DNA of 25,026 nt from contig NJBH01000044.1 of the NCBI GenBank assembly GCA_005223125.1, positions 1-25,026 of the forward strand, given 5' to 3'. Both the position numbers and the translations under genes were made by a program. The notes under the pieces are model-generated. The model was not told the origin of the DNA. It did no database searches and saw nothing but the letters and a program-made list of their open reading frames with translations. This DNA is from Promethearchaeota archaeon Loki_b32 (GTDB lineage: Archaea > Asgardarchaeota > Lokiarchaeia > Sigyniarchaeales > SOKP01). Shown one piece after another: positions 1 through 7,551 of the stretch. Position 1 is the stretch's first letter; every line of letters starts with the position of its first letter.

Positions 1-83
1 TCGGACCATTAAATAATGATCAAATGAAAGAAATCGATAAAATACTAGGAGAAAGAAACTTTGTATATACTATGAATGAATAA
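1..83 (+). CDS. 3' end of a gene running in from the window edge, probably an aldo/keto reductase
   Basis: Frame from nt 3 reads GPLNNDQMKEIDKILGERNFVYTMNE-stop, resembling the AKR C-terminal helix (GPL..eqm.eId.il). A poly-T run follows at 110-122. Confidence 0.6.
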   Translation, partial: GPLNNDQMKEIDKILGERNFVYTMNE

Positions 84-116
84 TTTCTAATTAACTAAAT
101 TTAAAGAGCTTTTTTT
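1..116 (+). repeat. Left arm of terminal inverted repeat (pairs with 24911-25026)
   Basis: Manual alignment of 1-116 with the reverse complement of 24911-25026 gives 109/116 identity; positions 2-46 are identical. Confidence 0.95.
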
Positions 117-1403
117 TTTTTTAAGCAAAGGAAGTAATTGAGGTCCATTTGGCAAAATCAATATTTTAGCGTCTTTTCCGTGTTTTTTTAGAGCTAAGTT
201 AATAGTGTTTTCAACGGAACTAGCGTATTTTAGTCCCACATTCCCAAATTCCTTTTCTTTTAATTCAGACACAACATATATATCAGCCTTCATCATAACT
301 CTGGTTAACACTTGAATTCCCCATTTGTCTAAAACTTCGATTTCCTTATTCATTACTTTTTCGTAGATTTCTTTCGGTTTTATTCCTAAATTTAGTAAAT
401 CCCTAAAAGTATCCTTACCGATACCATCTATACATTCATTTACAGCGATTATTGTCCCCTTTTTTTTCACACCCATTTCACCTATTAACATACTTTTTAC
501 AGCCAGATACAAGTCGAGATCTAGGGGATACCCTCCATTTCCGCAAACGACTATGTCAAATGGCTCTGAAATCTCTTTAAATGCGTGCTCTAATTGATAA
601 TCCACAAGTTGCTCATGAACTCGTTCTAAATCTCCTGCTGCTATTTTGGTAATTTTGTGTTGTACGTTTATACACACGTTTACAATAAAATCTACTCCAA
701 CTTTTTTAGCAATCTCTAACATATTTTTATGCAAAGGATTTTTTTTGTAAATTCCAAACCTAGCATAAGGAGAATCTATCATCTCTGCAGAATGGTTACC
801 TAAAATAGTTTCCTGACCTACAATTCCTGGAACTATTGATTTCCGTCCTCCTGAAAATCCTGCAAATAGATGAGGTTCGACGTATCCAGTCAAGATTTTG
901 ATATCACTATTATAATAATTTTTATTGTTATAGATAGGAACTCCATTACTAGATTTGCCTATATATATTTGCGATTCTTTGTCTGTAGCAACATGATCTA
1001 TAACTTCTAATCTATTCTTAAGTTCATTTCCAAGCATTCTTTCTAGTTCATCATTTTTAGAGGTTCGATGTAATCCTGTTGCGACTAAAATACAAATTTG
1101 CTCATCTTCGACTCCATATTCATTTATATCTTTAATAAGTCCTTCAAGTATGATATAAGAGGGAATTGGGCGAGTACTATCAGATACTACGATGCAAATC
1201 TTATCTAAATCACTTTTCTGGTAAATTATTTGCTTTAAGGGGGGCGTCCCTAATGGTTTTTTAATGGCATTTCTCACAGCATTTATAGGATTCTCAATGA
1301 TATTTTGTTTTTCAGGTCTAAATATTGTTACATTCCAAGACGGATCAAGACTAATTTCTAATCCAATTTTTCCATAGTCGAATTTCATATAATTATTTAC
1401 CAA
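87..1403 (-). CDS. larA: Nickel-pincer-dependent lactate racemase family protein (LarA/LarAH)
   Basis: Motifs SDSTRP, ATGLHR, EPHLFAGFSGGRKS, GNH, GGYPLDLDLYLAVKS and terminal ILPNG; 438 aa is typical for the family. Confidence 0.92.
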   Translation of the reverse strand: MVNNYMKFDYGKIGLEISLDPSWNVTIFRPEKQNIIENPINAVRNAIKKPLGTPPLKQIIYQKSDLDKICIVVSDSTRPIPSYIILEGLIKDINEYGVEDEQICILVATGLHRTSKNDELERMLGNELKNRLEVIDHVATDKESQIYIGKSSNGVPIYNNKNYYNSDIKILTGYVEPHLFAGFSGGRKSIVPGIVGQETILGNHSAEMIDSPYARFGIYKKNPLHKNMLEIAKKVGVDFIVNVCINVQHKITKIAAGDLERVHEQLVDYQLEHAFKEISEPFDIVVCGNGGYPLDLDLYLAVKSMLIGEMGVKKKGTIIAVNECIDGIGKDTFRDLLNLGIKPKEIYEKVMNKEIEVLDKWGIQVLTRVMMKADIYVVSELKEKEFGNVGLKYASSVENTINLALKKHGKDAKILILPNGPQLLPLLKKKKSSLNLVN

Positions 1404-1668
1404 TTTTATGTATTAATTCTCTAGCCTTTTCAAAAATTTCGTATGTGGGCACTCCTGTTGGGCATTCAGATAAACAAACGCCACATAAAGTACATGCATG
1501 TAAAATATCATTAATTGAATTTCTCTTATCCAATGTTAGATCTCCATCAACCAATCCATTTAAAAGACTTAAACGACCACGGGGGCTGTAAGCCTTTGAC
1601 TTATAATGCTTTCGGCTAAAATAACTAGGAAGACAGAAACCACAACGCATACAATTTAAATCTAACAA
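1393..1668 (-). CDS. 4Fe-4S dicluster protein (GlcF/HdrC-like Fe-S domain), possibly a degraded fragment
   Basis: CMRCGFC, SPRGR and CTLCGVCLSECP motifs. The first motif lacks its fourth Cys. TTG start; overlaps the larA start. Confidence 0.7.
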   Translation of the reverse strand: MLDLNCMRCGFCLPSYFSRKHYKSKAYSPRGRLSLLNGLVDGDLTLDKRNSINDILHACTLCGVCLSECPTGVPTYEIFEKARELIHKIGK

Positions 1669-1750
1669 TCGATTTTTCGGGATTAATCCCTTTTAGGTGT
1701 TAACAAAATTTTTTTTCTTTTACTTATTTCGTAAAAATTTAGACTGATAT

Positions 1751-1765
1751 TATTTAAACTTTTGT
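1751..1765 (-). promoter_or_regulatory. Putative archaeal BRE-TATA promoter for the Fe-S/larA unit
   Basis: Minus strand reads ACAAAAG-TTTAAATA. Confidence 0.45.
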
Positions 1766-1825
1766 ATCTATTATTTTTTTATCTCATAACCTATCAATCT
1801 TTGTGTAGCATGGTGTCTCTGCTCA

Positions 1826-1841
1826 GTGCGACATGAAGCTG
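1826..1841 (+). mobile_element. First 16 nt of an outer group II intron, serving as target (IBS2+IBS1) of the inner intron
   Basis: GTGCGACATGAAGCTG fits the group IIB 5' consensus GUGCGAC..GAAG and is immediately followed by a second GTGCGACATGA. Confidence 0.65.
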
Positions 1842-2375
1842 GTGCGACATGATGTTATACAATTGAATACGGGACCTTGAGTATTACTGAATGGTATGCT
1901 TATCAATGGATAAGCCCTCAAGAAACCGACATCGAGTTGGACGAGTGTGGAAGCCCATGGGTGCGCCACTGGTAACGGTGGGGTACTAAGCGTTGGGAAA
2001 TGTACCGACAGAGGAGAATGCACTCCTGCTGCGGGCTAATAAAAGACCTCTATGGTAATTGAATGAACTCATGATAAACCTCGTAATGTCGCAGAAGCGG
2101 AATGCATTGATACGCCTTGCCAAAATGGCAATATTGCTAGTAGACATTGGTCGGCTTTCAATGTCTTTCCAATCATAGAGCAGTCGGGGGAAAGTGAATA
2201 CCTAAGGAGGTTGTTGAAAGTCAATTGTACGAAACATGGTAAGCCCTATGGATTCCATGAAGTATTTCATGGTAACCTGACCGTAAGGGAGGGGGATGAT
2301 TCAGAGGGTAAAGGATGCTGGAAAAAGCGAATGCCACGCTGTAATGGTATGGATAGGGGCTATTATGATGAAAAC
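1842..2375 (+). mobile_element. Group IIB intron, 5' portion only (domains I-III); no DV/DVI or RT ORF seen; 3' limit approximate
   Basis: GTGCG start. DI closing stems 1852-1856/2233-2237 and 1858-1866/2221-2229. GUAA-capped hairpin CCACTG-GTAA-CGGTGG. EBS1 hairpin 2142-2166. AACATGGTAAGCCC DI/DII junction. DII with CC-GTAA-GG. J2/3 AAAGGA. DIII-type GCTGGAAAAAGCGAATGCC..CTGTAATGG..GGATAGGGG. GC visibly higher than the flanks. Confidence 0.88.
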
Positions 2376-2399
2376 TCTAGTAGAGGATACCCAATCTGA

Positions 2400-2660
2400 A
2401 AGAATGCTGGCTTTCTATGCAGGTATAGACGAGAAAAAGGCTTTCTCAAAATTCATTACCATTGTATTGTCGTGGGTGCAGCAATAGATAGCACGACAAA
2501 CAGAAAAAGAAAAAGTAGGCGATAATGGTGCCATTGACCCAATCCGATGAACTAGAAGAGAAGAGAGTCTTAAACTCGCCCGTTAATGCTCTCTCCAAAA
2601 TGCTAAGGGAGAATAATTGAGAAGACGGGATTCTTGAGAGACCCAATATTCTTTTCAAGG
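2400..2660 (+). pseudogene. Possible heavily degraded IS5-family DDE transposase fragment
   Basis: Across frameshifts and stops it reads RREKGFLKIH / ITIV...QQ*IARQTEKEKVGDN / KRVL, resembling 'kGwlKlHiavD...qIla...TdekvgD'. Weak similarity only. Confidence 0.3.
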
Positions 2661-2871
2661 ATGAACGTTCATTATTGAAATTATATATCTCTTGAAGTTG
2701 ATAAGAATTGATCCATATTTTGTATAAAAGAAAGCCCAATATCCATCAAACTCAGCTTACAGACTTTATAAGTTAAGGTTATAATTTTTACTTTTATTAA
2801 AAATAATTATCTTGATAATTCGTCAGTGAGATTTCCCAATTCTAGATTTTATAATTTGTAGGATACAATAA

Positions 2872-5235
2872 TTAGCCCATCAACACTTTAACATCATATT
2901 TTTTGCCATCTTTGAATACCGGTAAGAGATTATTTTCCTGTATTATATTATCTACTTTAACTAGTTTTATTCCTTTAGATCGATGCTCTGGATTTTGAAC
3001 TTGAATATCATAAATTGCATTCCTGAAGTATCGAGTGACTCTGAATTTATCCCATTTTTTTGGAATACATGGGTTTATCTTTAAACCATGAAAATCTGAT
3101 CGTATTCCAAGAATCCAATCTGTTGCAGCTTTCATTGTCCATGATGCTGTTCCTGTAAGCCATGAATTTTTCGCAGCTCCGAATTTTGGATGATCATTAC
3201 CTGTAATCATTTGAGAATAGATATAGGGTTCAGTTTGATGTATTTCTGCAATTTTATTTTTACTAGTTGGTGCAATTTTTTTAAAATATTCATATGCAAT
3301 ATCACCTCGTCCTAAAATACATTCAGCAATTTCTGCCCAAGGATTAGAATGACAAAAAATTGAAGCATTTTCTTTAAGACCAGGGGGGAAGGTGCTTATT
3401 CCTTTCAATTTTGGGTAAAATCGTGTATAGGGAGGGTATAATAATTTAATTCCAAATTTAGTTACTAGGTATTTCCTAACAGAATCCATACATTGAAAAC
3501 TCCTGTCTACTGGGGCAACTTTACTAAAGACAGCCCATGATTGAGTATTTAGGAAAATTTTCCCTTCTTCATTACTTTTACTCCCTATTACTTCTCCATC
3601 ATCAGTATAGGCACGAATATACCATTGACCATCCCACGCGTATTTATTAATATGATCTTTTATTTTTTTAGCTAAATTATTGTATTTCTCAACATCAGCC
3701 TTAAAATTTAATTCATTTGCGATATTACTTATATCAGATAATGCTTTATGGAACTGCATGGCAACCATGACACTTTCACCATTTTGATTTGGTCCATGTA
3801 GCTGAAGCGTATCATTCCAATCGGCAGTACCTATCAATGGGAATCCATGTGGGCCTATATGATTAATTGTGAATTCTATTGCTCTCTTAAGATGATCATA
3901 TAAACTATCTTTAGAACCTTCTACATAATCCACCTCATGTTTCAAAATTGACCAGTCTCCTGTTTCTTTTAAATAATTACTAACAGCATATATCATCCAT
4001 AAATGATCATCACTAAAGAATTTCATACGTGGATTAACATAATCTGGATAATCACCCTTACCTGTTAGAGGGAAATAAATATGATATACCTTTCCATCTT
4101 CAAATTGGATTTTAGCTAATTCTAATAAACGCTTACGAACTAATTTTGGAAGAGAATGACAAACTGCGAGTGTATCTTGATTACTATCACGAAAACCTAT
4201 CCCTCTACCTATACCTGTTTCATAAAAAGAAACATAACGAGCCCAATCAAAAGTAGTTTTACATTGATACGGATTCCAAATATTTATGATGGAATTGAAA
4301 TCTTCATCTGGAGTTTCTACAATATTTTTTTTAAGATAATTATCCCAAGTCTCTTTTAATTTTAAAAACTCTATTTCAACATTATCAAATTTCTTATATT
4401 TATGAATCAATTGCTTTGCTTGGGATTTTTCTTTTACAATTCCTAATATAAATACAATTCTTTTTGTTTCATGAGGATTTAATGTCATCGAGTTGTAAGT
4501 AGCAGCAATAGGATTTCCCCCAAGAGCTTGAGAATTTTTGCATTTACCATTTTCTACACTTACGGGGTTTTCTTCAGAACGATAGAGACCAATAAAGGAT
4601 TCTCGATCACAATCATAACCTATAACTTTACCATTCGATGCAAAAAAGGCTATGTATGAGGATAAATCAAAAAGATGATAGAATATCGCATTTACTATGT
4701 GATCATATTTTGCAACAGCAACATTTTGAATATATTGGAGATCCCTTTGATCTGCTATAGCACTCCAAAGACAAAATTCAGCATATGAAAATATACCTAA
4801 TTCTTTTTTTCCTGAAGAATTATTTTGTAGAGTTAAAGACCAAATCTCCAAATTGTCTTCCAGTGGTACAAAATAAAGAATTTTAGCCTTAACTCCTTTA
4901 TATGATGAACTTATTTTAGTGTAACCTAAACCATGTCGACATTCATAATTATCAAGTTTTTTAATTACAGGTTGCCAAGTAGGAGTCCAGTATTCTGAAG
5001 TCTGATTATCTCTAATATAAATATATCTCCCTGGTCTGTCTATAGGTAAATTATTATATCTATATCGAAGAATTCTTTGATCTCGTGGATCTATATAAAA
5101 ACTATATCCTCCCCCAGTATTAGAAACCATAGCACAATACTTTCCATTACTTAAATAATTAATCCATGGAAGAGGAGTATCTGGTCGTGTAATTACATAC
5201 TCTTTGTTCTTATTATCAAAATATCCGTATTGCAT
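2872..5235 (-). CDS. GH94 glycoside phosphorylase (cellobiose/chitobiose/cellodextrin phosphorylase-like; substrate uncertain)
   Basis: MQYGYFD..EYVITRPDTPLPWINYL, GRGIGFRDSNQD, catalytic ADWND, PPGLKENASIFCHSNPW, SWLTGTASW. Confidence 0.93.
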   Translation of the reverse strand: MQYGYFDNKNKEYVITRPDTPLPWINYLSNGKYCAMVSNTGGGYSFYIDPRDQRILRYRYNNLPIDRPGRYIYIRDNQTSEYWTPTWQPVIKKLDNYECRHGLGYTKISSSYKGVKAKILYFVPLEDNLEIWSLTLQNNSSGKKELGIFSYAEFCLWSAIADQRDLQYIQNVAVAKYDHIVNAIFYHLFDLSSYIAFFASNGKVIGYDCDRESFIGLYRSEENPVSVENGKCKNSQALGGNPIAATYNSMTLNPHETKRIVFILGIVKEKSQAKQLIHKYKKFDNVEIEFLKLKETWDNYLKKNIVETPDEDFNSIINIWNPYQCKTTFDWARYVSFYETGIGRGIGFRDSNQDTLAVCHSLPKLVRKRLLELAKIQFEDGKVYHIYFPLTGKGDYPDYVNPRMKFFSDDHLWMIYAVSNYLKETGDWSILKHEVDYVEGSKDSLYDHLKRAIEFTINHIGPHGFPLIGTADWNDTLQLHGPNQNGESVMVAMQFHKALSDISNIANELNFKADVEKYNNLAKKIKDHINKYAWDGQWYIRAYTDDGEVIGSKSNEEGKIFLNTQSWAVFSKVAPVDRSFQCMDSVRKYLVTKFGIKLLYPPYTRFYPKLKGISTFPPGLKENASIFCHSNPWAEIAECILGRGDIAYEYFKKIAPTSKNKIAEIHQTEPYIYSQMITGNDHPKFGAAKNSWLTGTASWTMKAATDWILGIRSDFHGLKINPCIPKKWDKFRVTRYFRNAIYDIQVQNPEHRSKGIKLVKVDNIIQENNLLPVFKDGKKYDVKVLMG

Positions 5236-5282
5236 TTATCATACCTATATCATTCTTAATCAATTAAATTTAAAATAGCCAT

Positions 5283-5474
5283 TCAAGTTATTTTAACATC
5301 TATAAACATTTCATTAATCCCTGAAGGAGGAAATGGAATGATATTTCCTTCGATTTGTTTTTCATTTATATATAACATTGATCTGTTACCCGTGCCAATG
5401 CGTTCTACAGAAATATGATACTTTACTCCTCGAAAAATCCGAGTTGCTTTAAATCCAGACCAATTTTTAGGAAT
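5283..5474 (-). pseudogene. C-terminal 63-aa remnant of a cellobiose phosphorylase paralog
   Basis: Reads IPKNWSGFKATRIFRGVKYHISVERIGTGNRSMLYINEKQIEGNIIPFPPSGINEMFIDVKIT-stop; 44/63 identical to the C-terminus of the 14630-17083 protein. Confidence 0.92.
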
Positions 5475-5659
5475 GCCTCATAAGGGATATTTAATTCTCT
5501 TGATAATATTTCAATAACGCGTGGTCGACAAAAACCACCCTGACATCTGCCCATGCCAGGTCTACAGCGAAATTTCACACCATCAAGAGTAACAGCACCA
5601 ACAGATGCATGAATTGCATTGATAATTTCTTTTTCAGGGATTGTCTCACATCGACAAAT
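5475..5659 (-). pseudogene. BFD-like [2Fe-2S] domain fragment of a GlpA/LhgO-type FAD oxidoreductase (middle part of chimeric ORF 5423-5740)
   Basis: ICRCETI...TLDGVKFRCRPGMGRCQGGFCRPRVIEILSRELNIPYE. Confidence 0.85.
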
Positions 5660-5740
5660 GTCTTCTAGTTCATGTAAATCAACGATTTCTTCCCCAACTT
5701 GCTTCAACAAAGCAATTTTTTCATTTAAAGTTAAGGACAT
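5660..5740 (-). pseudogene. N-terminal 27-aa fragment of archaeal tyrosyl-tRNA synthetase (start of chimeric ORF 5423-5740)
   Basis: MSLTLNEKIALLKQVGEEIVDLHELED matches the archaeal/eukaryotic TyrRS N-terminus pattern (eer..li..vgEEi....EL..l). Confidence 0.65.
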
Positions 5741-6052
5741 ATTCTTATTCAGTAAATACTTTATAAATTAGTAAATATATAAATTGATAAAACCTTTTCT
5801 GATTTTGACATTCCCAAAATTCAAATTTTTAAAACAAAGTAAATATTCTTATTTTTTCCTCTATTTTCTAATAAAATTGATGTTATCATGAAATTGTTTA
5901 AACAATACCCAATGCCATTCCTTAGAGACACAAATTTATGATTTTCCATTTTAATTTTTAAATTAGAAATTAAGATAAGAGCTAAATTTTAAATTTTCTA
6001 ACATTTTTAGATAAATGAATCAAAAGAAATAAAAATATGAAGTTAAATAAGG

Positions 6053-6376
6053 ATGCGGGATTTTAAAATCAACAAGTATATTACAATTAAATTGGAGAAT
6101 GGAAAAACGAATATCTATGTAACTGATAAACTATTCCGCCAATGTAAATACTTGTTATTAGAAATTCCTAAAAGTGAAATGTCTGATTTTGATGAGATCG
6201 AATCGATTGATGAAGCAGCTGAAAGATTAAACCATATTATGGAAAATGAATTCAGTCCTGAAATCCCTCCAGAAGTGGAATTTTGGGCGCATAGCAGCAA
6301 TTTACAAGCTTGGTTTGAGAATAACTATGATACTCGCATCCTTCATTCGAATCTGGCATTTCCCTTGTTGAAAAGG
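6053..6376 (+). pseudogene. Lokiarchaeal expanded-family N-terminal domain (usually precedes leucine-rich repeats), truncated and fused
   Basis: FKINKYITIKLENGKTNIYV..FRQCKYLLL, SIDEAAERL, PEVEFWAHSSNLQAWFENNYDTRILHSNLAFPLLK. Confidence 0.75.
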
Positions 6377-6556
6377 TTCAGACCAGGAAAAAGTAAATTT
6401 GCTGATGTAATTCTCCAACTTTTAAATTCTTTAGGAATAGATGAATTTTATGTGGTTGATGCTCATGCTCCAACAATAATTAATGAGTGCTTATGTAAGG
6501 CAATAAATATAGATTCAATGAAGCTTTTAGCAGATTATATAAAATCTAAGGGAGCT
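6371..6556 (+). pseudogene. Internal fragment of ribose-phosphate pyrophosphokinase, fused in frame
   Basis: KRFRPGK...LLNSLGIDEFYVVDAHAP...IDSMKLLADYIK matches PRPP synthetase 'dkrF.pGe...ll...g.d....vD.H....lla.y'. Confidence 0.7.
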
Positions 6557-7278
6557 TCTTCTTGCAAGTTTCCCCATATTCTCTAATACATATATTGATA
6601 GTTTTTGGGTTTTCTCTAACATTTGTTAAGACATTTTCTCCTACACTTCTTTCTATATTATGTATAAGTGGTTTTATCTCATCTATAGCATCTTTAGTCT
6701 CTTTTTCATCATATAATGAATGAATTTTCTCCAAGGCATCTAGATAATTTCTATCATTATATATCATGAGTTTTTTCTTAATAGAATCTAATATTTCAAG
6801 CTTTACATTAATGGTTAGCCTTTTATTATCTATTCTATTTCCTTGATTTAATTTTGTAAATTCTTTAATGATTTCCTGTCTTTTTTTTAAAATGTCTGAA
6901 GTAATCAGATTTTCGACAAGTTCACCCCTAAAATATTTTGAATTATTTCGAAAATACTTTTTCAAAAAGAAAGGAAATATTTTGTACATTTCTAATATTT
7001 TCTGTCTGATTACCTATTTTTTTTTTTAACATTATTATATCTTTTATATTAACTAGATTATTGATGATTCCTTCTCTTCTTATTGAATCATTCAAGTTGA
7101 CAATTTGGTTTTCTAGTTGTAACTTTTCTTAATAATTTAGAATAAATATGTTCTGTGAGATTTTAAAACACTATTTTCTAAATTTAGTTTTCAGAATAAA
7201 TTAGAAAGAATTTCAAAATAAATTAGAAGAAGTGCTCCTCAATAAAAAATAAATATATTTATTTCTATTTACTTCCAT
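6546..7278 (-). pseudogene. Degraded hypothetical protein (includes ORF 6546-6989)
   Basis: 147-aa Lys/Ile/Asn-rich ORF. Coding-like frames continue upstream through a poly-A run and stops to an ATG at 7278. No family recognised. Confidence 0.35.
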
Positions 7279-7551
7279 GAATTTTCATATAATAAAATTT
7301 TGTCAAAAAATTATTGAATTAAATATATAAAAGAACTTAATCTCAATGTCAATTTGGCTGAAAATGAATGAATCTGTCGGTTAATTGAAGATTAAAAAAT
7401 TAATAAATAGGAAGTTATGATTAATAAAAATCAAAAAAGTAAAGAAATAGAGATATTTTCTAAAGTTAGACCAATAAAGAGTACTTCTTCAGAATATGCC
7501 ATATCTTTTTGGGTATTAACCTCAGAGTGAAGAATTAATGTTGTTTGTTTT

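Noticed and set aside
1-116. Terminal inverted repeats as ends of a transposon, linear plasmid or virus
   Set aside because: The repeat is a protein-coding 3' end with mostly silent differences, and no intact transposase, integrase, polymerase or capsid gene is present in the window.
1826-1852. GTGCGACATGA pair as a simple tandem duplication or CRISPR-like repeat
   Set aside because: Only two copies with a 5-nt gap; the EBS1/EBS2 complementarity explains it better as an insertion target.
1823-2739. ORFs 1823-2023, 2211-2399, 2296-2487 and 2446-2739 as real genes
   Set aside because: They overlap structured intron RNA or degraded sequence and show no RT or other recognisable motifs.
2731-2770. 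AAGCCC... as intron domain V
   Set aside because: Cannot form the DV hairpin with a GNRA loop and AC bulge.
5821-5949. Short minus-strand ORF MENHKFVSLRNGIGYCLNNF as an MFS transporter N-terminal scrap
   Set aside because: Similarity is too short and weak to support.
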